A stretch of DNA of 64,000 bases, from contig OX597826.1 in assembly GCA_951406725.2 (NCBI GenBank), forward strand, positions 70,866,001 to 70,930,000. The letters run 5' to 3'. Origin of the DNA: Octopus vulgaris (taxonomy: Eukaryota). The notes under the pieces are model-generated. The model worked only from the letters and a program-made list of their open reading frames with translations. It made no database searches and was not told where the DNA came from. This document shows positions 15,079-27,975 of the stretch, piece after piece. A program made the position numbers and the translations under genes. Each line of letters begins with the position of its first letter. The stretch's first letter is position 1.

Positions 15079-15112
<34 letters not shown>

Positions 15113-15360
15113 CACAAACATACATACTATATATATACATACATATATAATTCTTCAAGCCGATCACATGGAGTAATGGTGTTCCTCTCCATTTTGGATG
15201 GAAACCCTATACATACATACATGTATGTATGTATGCACATACGTATATATGTGCGCGCGCGCGTGTTTAAATATATGTATACATTTACGCATATATACAT
15301 ATAATGAAGATACACTATCGCTTTATCCATATCTCTCTCTTTCCCTCTATCTATCTCTCT

Positions 15361-15409
<49 letters not shown>

Positions 15410-15750
15410 TGCTTGCTTTCTTGCACACTACATTAGTGCTCGTCAAAAATGATGCGGTGTAATCTTCCTCTCAGTAATCACTTTACTTTTTCAATTATTT
15501 TCATTGTTTACCCACCAACACTTGCTTTTCTTTCTTCCTATCAATTTTCGGGGGTTTTGCATAATTTTCTTCTCTCCGATACCCAGCTATTGACTTCTGG
15601 CTATAACTTTTGTCTTCTTTCTGCAGCTAGGATTGCAGCAATGTCTCAGTGACTGAGAATTTCTTCCGCTTCACACGCAATAACCTGTTGTATATCTGGA
15701 AATCTTCCCTTAGATTTCTTCTTTACATATTCCATTACTTTTTTGCTTTG

Positions 15751-16329
<579 letters not shown>

Positions 16330-17287
16330 TAATAATATATATATATTTATATATTTATATATATATATATATAATAGTAGGGAATATAATTCCAAACGTA
16401 CAGGGAAAAATTCAATTTAGCAATTTCATATCAAATTTCACAATATATAATATATGTATATAATTAAGAGAAATAACCTCTATTAAATAATTCAATAGTG
16501 AAAGACATATATTTCACATAGAATAATTTAAAGATGCTATAATAAATATTATTTAAAAAATCACTAAATTAAATAAACATTAAATTAACTACGCGCGTTT
16601 ATTGACTATATCTTTAAATCGATAATAATATAATCGACACTATTAAAATTAATTCGATTTCAAATTAAATCGATTTTAAAATATAGCCACTCTTCAGGTC
16701 TAAAACAATAATAAAATAAATGTATGTATCTTAACATATAATAATTAACTAATAAATATAGAAATATACGTATCTTAACAATAAATAAGCGAATAAAATA
16801 TAACAATATAAATAAAAAATAAAATAATAACTCATACATATATATATATATATATATATATAGCCACACACACATACAGAGATATACAAATATTTGCTCA
16901 TATTTTATTATTGTTATTTAGATATAAGCCGGCTCTGATTTAACGAAACTATAATCAAAGACATTCCAATCGTTCCCATCACCCAGTGTACTCTGGAACA
17001 CATCATGATGACATGCGTAATTTGAGAGAAACGGCAGCTATTTCAAACAGATCAGTCTATCATCTATGGCTTCATCATCATTGTTGCTAGGCTTCATGTC
17101 AGCACTAATTAAATAGACCAACATTGCAGTTATGACCACCCACTCTTTTGTATCTTATTTTTAGACATAATGTTTTCTGAAGATGATAGTGTATGATATG
17201 AGGGAACTGTAGCTGCTGCTACTATCAAGGCAATCAACACATAAAGGCCTCGTTGACTCGCTGTTTGCCTTTTCATATAAAAAAGTG

Positions 17288-17405
17288 GAATTATTTACAT
17301 CATTTACATCTGACGGATATTTGTCCTCATCTTGTTTGTTGTCAAATGTAAATAATGTAAATAATGTACATAATTCCTCATCTCCTAAATACAGAACTGT
17401 ATTAA
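17288..17405 (-). mobile_element. Penelope-like terminal-repeat fragment (9500-type), rearranged, hammerhead part missing
   Basis: gacggatatttgtcctcatcttgtttgttg (minus orientation) is joined to gtcaaatgtaaataatgtaaataatgtacataattcctc (plus orientation, matching 25150-25210). Confidence 0.6.
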
Positions 17406-17753
17406 ACAATGGGATATTGTTATATAAATTCAGTTGTCATTCTCCTCTATTATTCTTATAATATCATTTTGTTAATTTATAAATTTGATAAGTTGTTACG
17501 TTGTCATTTTTATTCAGTTATTCTGCCATTCTCTCGTTTTACTGTTCTACAACTATATGGACTCTTCTATTTTGTGATTCTGGTTTACTGGCTCCCAAGC
17601 CTTTATCTCAAAGAAAAAAACAGCAAGTCTGATCATGGCTACTCGACACCAATACTTTCTCCCTCTCAAACAGACAACTTTAGAATATATCAGGAGATAG
17701 GAAAGAATGGTCATCTACAGACGTGTAGTGGAAATTATATAAAGAAATGAGAA

Positions 17754-17982
17754 GGCGGCGAGCTGGCAGAAACGTTAGCACGCTGGACGAAATGCGTAGC
17801 GGTATTTCGTCTGCCACTACGTTCTGAGTTCAAATTCCGCCGAGGTCGACTTTGCCTTTCGTCCTTTCGGGGTCGATAAACTAAGTATCAGTTACGCACT
17901 GGGGTCGATGTAATCGATTTAATCCGTTTGTCTGTCCTTGTTTGTCTCCTCTGTGTTTAGCCCCTTGTGGGTAGTAAAGAAA
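17754..17982 (+). mobile_element. SINE family C, monomer
   Basis: Runs from ggcggcgagctggcagaaacgttag to gtgggtagtaaagaaata. Confidence 0.88.
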
Positions 17983-18113
17983 TATATATAAAGAAATGAA
18001 GATGACAGCGAAAAGTGCAGTTGCAAAAAATTTTGAATGACGTGGAGAAAGGAAATAGCTTGATTCTCTTCGGTATACAAATGCCAAGAGATAATAGTGA
18101 ATTGTGCTTATAT

Positions 18114-18453
18114 AGTACGCATGGCTCAGTGGTTAGAGTGTCGAGCTTACGATCGTGAGGTTGTGAGCTCGAATCCCGGACCGGGCTGCGTGTTGTGTTC
18201 TTGAGTAAGGCACTTTATTTCACGTTGCTCCAGTTCACTCAGCTGTAGAAATGAGTTGCGACGTCACAGGTGCCAAGCTGTATCGACCTTTGTCTTTCCC
18301 CTGGATAACACTGGTGGCGTGGAGAGGGGAGGCTGGTATGCATGGGCGACTGCTGGTCTTCCATAAACAACCTTGCCCGGACTTGTGTCTAGGAGGGTAA
18401 CTTTCTAGGTGCAATCCCATGGTCATTCATGACCGAAGGGGGTCTTTACCCCT
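18114..18453 (+). mobile_element. tRNA-Arg(ACG)-derived SINE, family A, full length
   Basis: tggctcagtggttagag (A box), cttACGat anticodon loop, gagctcgaatccc (B box), CORE-like gttcttgagtaaggcactt. Consistent with the tRNA-Arg-derived octopus OR SINEs; exact family name not verified. Confidence 0.85.
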
Positions 18454-19151
18454 TTAGTAATAAAAAAGGTCTCGATTCTCTTAGAAATGCCTAGAGATAA
18501 GGAGAAAATAACGAACTACGCTTATGTCATTATAAAAAAGAGGATCTTACTGACGAACAGTTGCTGGTGTAGGGTAAAATCTAACACTCAAGGAAACTGA
18601 TGAGAGTGTTGGTAACAATTTATTCGCAGTGTCATGAGCAGAAAATCTAACACTTTGGGTATTACAGAGTAGAGAAACATCAAAGTGCTATTAGCCTGAT
18701 AGACAGTTGGTAGTGAATGAGGAGGAAAAACATAGTAACGGGAAGATAAGCGGTATAATATATAGATTATTGTTATTAATGTAGTTTCTCCAATAGAAAA
18801 TAACATGTAAGAAAAACTATTTGAAAAATTTCCTGCCACATGTAAGAATCTGAAAATAGAAACATCAAAGATGCTGCGGTTTGGCGATAAGAGCTGTTCT
18901 TGTAATGCTAGCGTGTTAGGGGTAGTGAAGATTGATACAAAGCAGAAAATCGAAGAACTGTCAGGTAAACTTTCCAAGGTTTATGTGAATCTCGGTTGAA
19001 TAGGAATTTGAAAAAGAGTTTATATTCTCAGAAAAAATGATTATCAATAATATTTTAAAAAGGAAAAGTTCATGACCGCAAATCTATTTGACTGTAGAGT
19101 GACACAGTAGATTCAGTAAAGTTGAATATTTGTAGGTTAAAAATAGCAAAC

Positions 19152-19629
19152 CATGTACATTGTTTTGTCTTGGTATAAAAGATGGGCTACAGCAAATATT
19201 CTGCTCAATACCACAGATTTGCTTTTCTGTTGTTTGACCATAACCAGTTGAGCATGTCCCTTAGTGGCTGACGATATGTGCATCTCTGATCACGAGCAGA
19301 AGTAGTGGGGGAGCTTCATAGCCGTGTGTTGAAAGGAATTCTTAGAGGTTTGGATAATTCACCTCTGGAAACACGGGTGGTTCCTTCAACATCCTTAAAC
19401 AGTCCTTCTTCAGGGACCTTTTGAGCGGGATGGGTTACTCGACCTGAAGAAAATTTTAACTGGCCCCCACCTGCAAGGTCATGCGCTGTTTATTTTGACA
19501 TGAGATCATATATGGTTGTGATGCATGTGCCTGGTGTACTCTTATCAGACGGGTAGTCATGATGGGTATACTGGGCTTCGTATATTTTACCCCAGTGTCA
19601 CCTTGATGGCGTGCACGGCTCTCTCACTC

Positions 19630-19689
<60 letters not shown>

Positions 19690-19690
19690 T
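19152..19690 (+). mobile_element. ~540-bp retroposon, family D, with (AAT)n tail (LINE 3'UTR or non-autonomous derivative)
   Basis: Near-identical to 24427-24967(+) and 51676-52222(-); degenerate piece at 11660-11845(-); ends ...ctctcactc(AAT)n. Confidence 0.8.
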
Positions 19691-20259
19691 GTTACAGATT
19701 TTGGCACAACGTAACAAGTTTTGTGGGGTGGGGGAATAGTGGATTGCATTGACTGGTACTTTATTTTATTGACCCGGAAAAGATGAAAAGCAAAGATGAG
19801 CCCATAATAGCTTCAAATTAATATCAACAGTACCAACCGTTATTTATACTACCAGCTAGTATTAATAATAGATTCTGATTTATAAACAAGGCCAGCAGTT
19901 TTGAGAGAAAATGGTTAGTCGAATCCAGTGCTTCACCTTTACTGCGTTTTATCGACACTGGGGAGTGAAAAACAAAGTTGACCTCTGCAGGATTTGAACT
20001 CAGGGCATATGTTGCACTTGACTTCAGATCGCATATATTTATCTGATTTGAATTTTCGCAATGGAAAATCTAAATTCTTATAATTCATATATTTTGTAAC
20101 ATATTGAAGTATCCAAAGGTATCCATCATTGTTAATTTAATTTTATTTTATGCATTTATTTATTTCGCTTTTACTTTATCTTACCTAATTTTTACAGCCG
20201 ACATTCAGTTTTGCAATACATCATCTTGAAAACACCACATATAATATATCTCATATATC

Positions 20260-20496
20260 AGGCGTAGCTATGAGTTAAGAAGTTTGCTTCAGAACCATAT
20301 GGCTCCAGGTTCAGTCCTACTGCATGACACCTTGAGCAAGTGTCTTCTAATATAGCCTCCGGCCGACCGAAACCTTGAGAGACAAATAAGAACGAAAGAA
20401 TAAGTACCAGGTTTTAAAAAATAAGCGCTGGGGTCACTGCGTTCGACTAAAATCCTTTAAGGTGGTGTCCCAGCATCGCCGTAGCCTGGATGACTG
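20260..20496 (+). mobile_element. SINE family B, diverged and internally deleted
   Basis: ggttcagtcctactgcatgacaccttgagcaagtgtcttct ... ggtggtgtcccagcatcgccgtag. Confidence 0.7.
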
Positions 20497-20503
20497 ATCA
20501 TAA

Positions 20504-20541
20504 TTGTCTGAAGAACGGGAGCGTGAAACTCTGAGTAACAG
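20504..20541 (+). ncRNA. Type I hammerhead ribozyme motif (minimal)
   Basis: TTGT-CTGAAGA-ACG(ggag)CGT-GAAA-CTC(t)GAG-TA-ACAG: core intact, stems II and III paired, weak stem I. Confidence 0.65.
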
Positions 20542-20574
20542 CTCTGTGATATTTTGCAGCTTTAATATAAAGTG

Positions 20575-20646
<72 letters not shown>

Positions 20647-20784
20647 TGTGTATATATATATATGAATGTGTTTATATATATATATATATATATATAAATA
20701 TATGTATGTGTATATATATATATATATAAATGTATATATATATGAATGAGACCTCGATAGTATGTAAATAGAGGAATTTATATA

Positions 20785-20835
<51 letters not shown>

Positions 20836-21744
20836 TGCATTATAGTTTATCGGACTAAAACACTATGTCGTGATCACAATCCATTAGTCGATGTTCAAAT
20901 TGAAACTCCACAGACTTTAAACTTAAATCTTAATTTCCCACTGTCTACACACTATATGGAACAATATTAAAATGTTGCATCGGCTTAAAAACCATTTCAT
21001 TTAACCCAAGGAAATGAAACGCCACTAGGTAACGCTAACCACACTCGATGTTTCTTACTAAATAAACAACGCACTAAATATTGATTATGCAATTAACACC
21101 TTTCTGACGATTTTCTACTACGAAACAAGATAACACATTTCAGTAAGTATGATATATTATTATACTTCTAGAATTAATTGTATAAATTATGTATTTATGC
21201 ATGTATATGATTATATACGCCTCATATAATTCCATTAACTCTCATCTCTATATATAATCTATATCTATAAAACAGTCCTTGGACGAATATTGTATGCACA
21301 TTTTGCTTTGGCGGTTAATGGCGGCCAAATCGAGGCTAGGATCGAGCTGAAAATTGGCAGAGATACTAAATGCGTGGTGAAGATGAGACCCGCGATAGTT
21401 AAAATTCGCAAGCTATAATGATGTGGTTACTATGGCAAAAAGAGTGATTTTTTTACCGATTCAAGGAGGCCCCAGAGCCCCTCTAGGTTTGTGCGATTGG
21501 CTTTTAATGCCCAGCGGCATGCACTGCAGGCTGTTGTGCTTACTAAACATACATTTTGTCGCGAAATTCCAGCTACTAGGAAACAATTTTTCATTGTGAA
21601 AAAACGAGTGCTTTTGCCCTCATTTTCTTTTTAATCTTTTCCATAAATCAACCATCGTAAAAATTTTCTACCATGACCTCACATTTTCTATGTATGTGTG
21701 TGTACCTTAAAAGACGTGATTAGACAGAGGTCTAATAGAATTGA

Positions 21745-22009
21745 ATGGATCGGCCGCTCGTCAAGATGTTCTTATAACTCAAATGTCCCTCACTCCCTCC
21801 GATACGATCTACATGTTTAAGTGGCTTCAATAAATAAGGCACAGGGTCAATCATTGCAAATGGTTGGTTTAAATCTCACAGAGCAAAAAGTGTTCTCCGG
21901 CGGTCAACTTTACGTTGGATGCTCCCGTGTTGGCAGGCCACAAAGTCTATACATTTGTGCACCAGAAGGGAAAACGAGAAACGTTTCCTACAAAGAAGCG
22001 CTCCACTGA
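21745..22009 (+). pseudogene. Helitron PIF1-like helicase C-terminal fragment
   Basis: SINKAQGQSLQMVGLNLTEQKVFSGGQLYVGCSRV...EGKTRNVSYKEAL* matches the Helitron TINKSQGQ / FSHGQLYVAxSRV / TxNxVYxE motifs. Confidence 0.9.
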
Positions 22010-22167
22010 AAAATCTAGCGAAAAGCCTCCTTACATTGAATAATGTGAAAAATACTTCAAGGAAAATAGGGAGAACGAGAAAGAGATTGGAGAGAATAAG
22101 GGAAGGAAAGAAAGAAACAAACAAACAAGCAAACACACAAACAAATAAATAAACACTAACAGACAGA

Positions 22168-22802
22168 CCGAACTTTCCAGGATGACCAACGGAAATTTCC
22201 AGGAAGTCCTTCCTCCCCTTCTCCCGCTTCTTCCCCATCATCCCCCTCGGAACACTCCAGGAAGTCCTTCCTCCCCATCCTCGGAACTTTCCAGGAAGTT
22301 CTTCCTCACCTTCCTCTCCTTCATCCACTTCATCGGAACTTTCTAGGATGTCCTTCTTCCCCACCCTCGGAACTTTCCAGGAAATCCTTCCTCCCTCTCC
22401 TCTGAACTTTCCAGGAAGTCCTTCTTCCTTTTCCTCGGATCTTTTCAGGTAGTTCTTTCTCCCCACTCTCGGAACTTTCCAGGAATTCCCTCATCCCCTT
22501 CCTCGGAAGTCCTCCCTCCACTTTATCCCCCTCCTTGGAACTTTTCAGGAATTCCTTCCTCCACTCCATTTCCATTCCCGGAAATTTCCAGGAAATTCTT
22601 TTCCTCTTCGAAATTTTCCATGAAGTCTTTCCTCCTCGTCCTCGGAACTTTCCGGAAAGTCCTTCCTACCCACCTTGGAACTTTCCAGGAAGTCCTCCCC
22701 TTTGTCCACCTCCTGGGAACTTTCTAGGAAAGCCTGCCTCCCCTTTATCCCACACCTCGGAACTTTCTAAGAAGTCCTTCTCCTCGGAACTTTCTAGAAA
22801 AT
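22168..22802. repeat. Minisatellite of cctcGGAACTTTCCAGGAAGtcc units
   Basis: Roughly 15-18 imperfect units spaced 25-50 bp apart by C/T-rich linkers. Confidence 0.9.
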
Positions 22803-22836
22803 CGTGTCTCCTCCTCGGGAGAGACAGGATATTCAC

Positions 22837-22924
<88 letters not shown>

Positions 22925-23340
22925 ACAGATAGATAGAGATAGGTTGATAGATAAACAGATAGATAGAGATAGATTGATAGATACATGGATAGATCTATAC
23001 ATGCAAGCATCATACATACATTTTACATACATATGTTATGCATACATACATTATACATACACCATACATAAATATATACACGCAAACATACAATCAATTA
23101 GCTTTAAATAGATACAAGAATATATGTTGTACATACACGAGAAAATGAAAGGAAAACACACTAATTATAGACACGTATCAGGTGGTCAGAGTTATTTTTA
23201 ACTTCAAACTATAAAGAGCGTGAACTAATAGTCTGTGACCATTGAAGGAAAACAAACCACTGACCGATATTTATCGGGAAAATACACGCGCAAATTTGTG
23301 TGTACTTCAGTGCTTGCGTGTGCTTGTGTGCTTGTGTGTG

Positions 23341-23382
<42 letters not shown>

Positions 23383-23410
23383 GTGTGTGTGTGTGTATGT
23401 TTGTGTGTGT

Positions 23411-23457
<47 letters not shown>

Positions 23458-24199
23458 GTAACAGAAAAGACGGTCCGTCACTCGCAAGCGAGTATGACTT
23501 GAGAACTTCTGCCAATTGTTTTAGGGTGCGAACAGTCATAGACAATATTGCGGCACTTGCACCTTTGATACAGCAGAGAATCGAAGATGTGGTTGTTGCC
23601 GAGAGAGAAATATTCCTTTTCAGCTGACTGAATTGGAACATCGTGAAATTATGTGTGTTGTTCAAAGGAAACAACATCCACACCAATATACGAATCGAAC
23701 CCATTATCTTATGATCGTGAGTCCAACACCTTAACCATTACCCTACAAGCACTCGCACGTTCATCTATAGATATGCAAAAAAAAGTCGATGAAACGTAAA
23801 CTGAAGAAGCATTCAATACATAATGTTATTTTTTATTTCCACAAAAATTGTTGACAGTAACTTCGAAGCTGTATATATATATGTATACATACGTACACAC
23901 ACATACACACACATATGGATCTCCGTCGTTCGACGTTCAATATTCAGTAGTTTGATCACCTGTATTACCGTTTCCTGAATTGACAAGTAACTGATTGTTC
24001 AATAGACACGTGTATTCTTAACGCAAATGTAGATCTTTGACAAAAGTGGAATGACACAGCATGTGACAACTAAGACTGTCGCTGATTATGTAATAAATTT
24101 TGGACGTGTAAAATATGGTACTGAAAGCGAAATAATATGAATGGAGAGACACTGAAAAAAACCCCAACACTAATTAAGAACTTAAGAAAAAATTATTTA

Positions 24200-24351
24200 C
24201 GTTATTTACATTCGACGGATATTTGTCCTCATCTTGTTTGTTGTTAACACAACGTTTCGGCTGATATACCCTCCAGCCTTCTGAATTATTTATCTTAGCT
24301 CATTCTTTTTCAGGTGTTTTGGGTAAATTTCGAACCTGTGTTCTTATTCCA

Positions 24352-24352
<1 letters not shown>
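24200..24352 (-). mobile_element. Penelope-like terminal-repeat fragment; hammerhead core interrupted by a ~30-nt insertion
   Basis: aacacaacgtttcggctgatataccctccagccttc|insert|tcaggtgtt is the reverse complement of the 9500-type motif. Confidence 0.7.
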
Positions 24353-24413
<61 letters not shown>

Positions 24414-24426
24414 TAATAATTATTAC

Positions 24427-24965
24427 CAGGCAGTGGCTCTCATGGCTTCTGATCTTAACTGATTGGAAGTGTTATCATGTACATTGTTTTGTCTTGGTAT
24501 AAAAGATGGGCTACAGCAAATATTCTGCTCAATACCACAGATTTGCTTGTCAGTTGTTTGACCTTAACCAGTTGAGCATGTCCCTTAGTGGCTGACGATA
24601 TGTGCATCTCTGATCACGAGCAGAAGTAGTGGGGGAGCATCATAGCCATGTGTTGAGAAGGATTCTTTGGGGTTTGAATAATTCACCTCTGGAAACATGG
24701 GTGTTTCGTTCAACATCCTTAAACAACCCTTATTCAGGGACCTTTTGAGCGGGATGGGTTACTCGATCTGAAGAAAATTCTAACTGGGCCCCACCTGCAA
24801 GGTCATGTGCTGTTTATCTTGATATGAGATCACCATGTCGCGCACATATGGTTGTGATGCATGTGCCTGGTGTACCCTTATCAGACGGGTAGTCATGATG
24901 GGTATACTGGGTTTAGTATATTTTACCCCAGTGTCACTTTGATGGCATGCTCTGCTCGCTCACTC

Positions 24966-24967
<2 letters not shown>
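24427..24967 (+). mobile_element. Retroposon family D inside (AAT)n
   Basis: Flanked by (AAT)n on both sides (24354-24424 and 24966-25027); matches the 19152 and 51676 copies. Confidence 0.85.
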
Positions 24968-25026
<59 letters not shown>

Positions 25027-25029
<3 letters not shown>

Positions 25030-25210
25030 TCGAAGAATACCTTAGGAATGAGAACTCAAGTTCGAAATTTCTCCAAGACACCTGATGAAGGCTGGAGGGT
25101 ATATCAGCCGAAACGTGTTAACAACAAACAAGATAAGGACAAATATACGTCGAATGTAAATAATGTAAATAATGTGCATAATTCCTCACCTCTTAAATAT
25201 AGAACTGTAT
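25027..25210 (+). mobile_element. Penelope-like terminal-repeat fragment with hammerhead motif
   Basis: GACAC-CTGATGA-A-GGCTG..CAGCC-GAAACGTGTT, with a short deletion near the cleavage site relative to the other copies. Confidence 0.7.
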
Positions 25211-25310
25211 TAAGAAGAGATTATCGAAACAAAAATACATGTAAATATATAATCAACATATATAAATAGAAGTTAGTACATATATATTTCTTTTCTTTCT
25301 TTCTTTTATT

Positions 25311-25503
25311 TCATTTACTTGTTTCAGTCATATGACTGCGGACATGCTGGAGCACCGCCTTTAGTCGACCAAATCGACCCCAGGACTTATACTTTGTAAT
25401 CCTAGTACATATTCTATCGGTCTCTTTTGCCGGTTCGCTAGGTTACGAGGACATACACATACCAGCATAGCTTGTCAAGCGATGGTGTGGAACAAACACA
25501 GAT
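25311..25503 (-). mobile_element. SINE family B, 3' half
   Basis: ttacttgtttcagtca...gctggagcaccgcctttagtcga...acaaacacag. Confidence 0.8.
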
Positions 25504-25659
25504 ACTGCAAATACTGATAGGGCACAGAAAGTGTGTCAATAGCCAGCTGGAGGAGGTGTCCTCCTGGGGCTACAAGCTACAGTAGCATCCACCCTTAGGG
25601 GTTAGCCACATTTCAGTGGCAAATATACTTCACGATATATATATTTATATATATATGTA

Positions 25660-25731
<72 letters not shown>

Positions 25732-25943
25732 TGCGATGGTCTTGTTAAGCAGCGTCGATTTTTACAGTTCTGTAAATAATAATGGCTGAAGAAAATAGTC
25801 TAATAATGGGGCATATAAGCTCTGGACAGAAAAAAAATGTTTCCCCGTACGCGTGAGACACGATCCCCAACCTCTTTGTTTAAGCGACCAAGTGTGCTAC
25901 CGTTACTTCAACGCACCAACGTGCTTTAAGCTTATAAAATACC

Positions 25944-25995
<52 letters not shown>

Positions 25996-26651
25996 ATATG
26001 TATATATATACATATATATATGTATATATACATATGTATTTACATATATGTGTGTGCGTGTGTGTGTGTGTATGTTGGGTGTGTAGTATGCATATATATC
26101 CATGTGTGTATCCATATATATATATATATGTGTGTGTGTGTATATATATATATTTATATATATATATGTATTTATATATATATACATGTATATATATATT
26201 TATATATATATATACGTATATATATATACTTATATATAAGGAGAGAGAGAGAGAGGGGGTATAAAGAGAGAATAAAAGAGACACAGAGAGAGAGGAGGAG
26301 AGAGACAAACAAGAATGAGCCAAGATAAATAATTCAGAGTGGCCCAGTAAGTATGCAAATGAAGTTAGTCACACCTACAGGAGACGTTCGATTTCTTTTC
26401 TCCCAAAGGAAAAATAATTACTATATATCAAGAATTTATTTTGTATGGTAATTATGTCTCATATTTTTGTTTATTGGGTATGTTTATTGGGTATGTTTAT
26501 GCGTGTATGTATGTGTGTAAGTGTCTTTGCATCTCTATCAATTAATCTGTAATTTTGTGTTTTTCTACCTATCTGTCTGTGTCTGTCTATCTCTCCCACC
26601 CACCCTCTCTCTCTCTCCATATATATATAATACACTCATACACACACACAC

Positions 26652-26737
<86 letters not shown>

Positions 26738-26780
26738 CTGTATCTGTCTGTCTCTTCTCTTTATTCATTATGCAGTCGTT

Positions 26781-26860
<80 letters not shown>

Positions 26861-27377
26861 CGCGCCCTTATGTGTATGTACAGAGACAAACACACAATCC
26901 ACACTCAATAACATATGTGTACATTTATGTCTGTATGTTTGTATGTATATATCATGTATGTATGTATGTATGTATGTATGTATGTATGTATGTATGTATG
27001 TATGTATGTATGTATGTATGTATGTAGGCATGTATATATATATATATATATATATATATGCTCATATATACATCTACATTTACTTATACGCGGCTAAGTT
27101 CTTTGATCTACTGTAAATTATAGTCCAAAGTCGTTCTTTGTAATTTTTCCGCCTTTCGTATAATGTTTATGGGAAAATGGCGACGGATGTGACATGATAT
27201 TTATGGTTTATTCAGAGAGACTGGATTGCTATTTCTAGTCGATCAACTGGCTACTTCTCTCAAATATTGCAAACAATTACCAACGATTGGAATGTATACT
27301 TCCTTGAAAAAAAAACGTCCTTTTATAAAACTTCCGAATTCATATTTTTTAAGAATTCACTGACTATATATTTTCTG

Positions 27378-27975
27378 TTAGCATCCGGCCATCCTTCCTT
27401 TTTACTGCCTTTTCTACTCTTACTTTCTTCTGAGACATGGCGAACAACAGTTAAGTCAAATAAGCAAATACAATCATTCATCAACAGATGCTTGCGTAGT
27501 ATACTTAAAATTAGATGGCCCGAACACATAAGCAATATGGAGCTGTGGTAAAGAACAAATCAAGTTTCGATTAGGGAGCAAATATCTAAGAAAAAGTGGA
27601 AGTGGATTGGTAGCACAATTAGAAAAGACACACCAAATGTAGCGAAAAGTGCTTTGCAGTGGAAACCGGATGGATATAGAAAGAAAGGTAGGCCTAAGAA
27701 CTCGTGGCGGAGATCAACACAAAAGGAACTAGAGAAAGGGGGACATTCATGGCAGAGTATAAGTACAGAAGGGAAAAATTATGCGACATGGAATTCAACT
27801 ATAAGTGGCCTATACTCCGCGTTGGAGGGTTAAAGGCATAAAGAAGAAGAAGAAGAAGAAGAAGAAGAAGAAGAAGAAGAAGAAGAAGAAGAAGAAGAAG
27901 AAGAAGAAGAAGAAGAAGAAGAAGAAGGAGGAGGAGGAGGAGGAGGAGGAGAAGAAGAAGAAGAAGAAGAAGAAG
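27378..27975 (+). mobile_element. 5'-truncated RTE-clade LINE with (AAG)n tail and 12-bp TSD
   Basis: 27429-27833 translates as SETWRTT...FINRCLRSILKIRWPEHISNMELW*R...KWKWIGSTIRK...ALQWKPDGYRKKGRPKNSWRRS (RTE C-terminus). ATATATTTTCTG lies at 27366-27377 and 27976-27987. Confidence 0.9.

Larger units (their letters stand above)
21258..22840 (+). mobile_element. Internally deleted Helitron carrying a helicase remnant and a minisatellite
   Basis: A|TCTATATCTATAAAA 5' end; RepHel C-terminus inside; possible 3' hairpin gtctcctcc-tcg-gggagagac about 11 nt before ATAG (degenerate CTAG). Confidence 0.6.

Noticed and set aside
18114-18190. tRNA-Arg gene (also 40370-40444, 41555-41626, 25845-25918)
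   Set aside because: The cloverleaf stems are broken, and in the first three the sequence continues into SINE bodies; these are tRNA-derived heads.
22168-22802. Repeat-spacer pattern resembling a CRISPR array (also 53880-54450)
   Set aside because: Eukaryotic context, degenerate repeats, low-complexity related spacers and no cas genes; it is a minisatellite.
25570-25633. SECIS-like GTGAA...AAA...GGAT on the minus strand
   Set aside because: The required helix between the core and the AAR loop does not pair.
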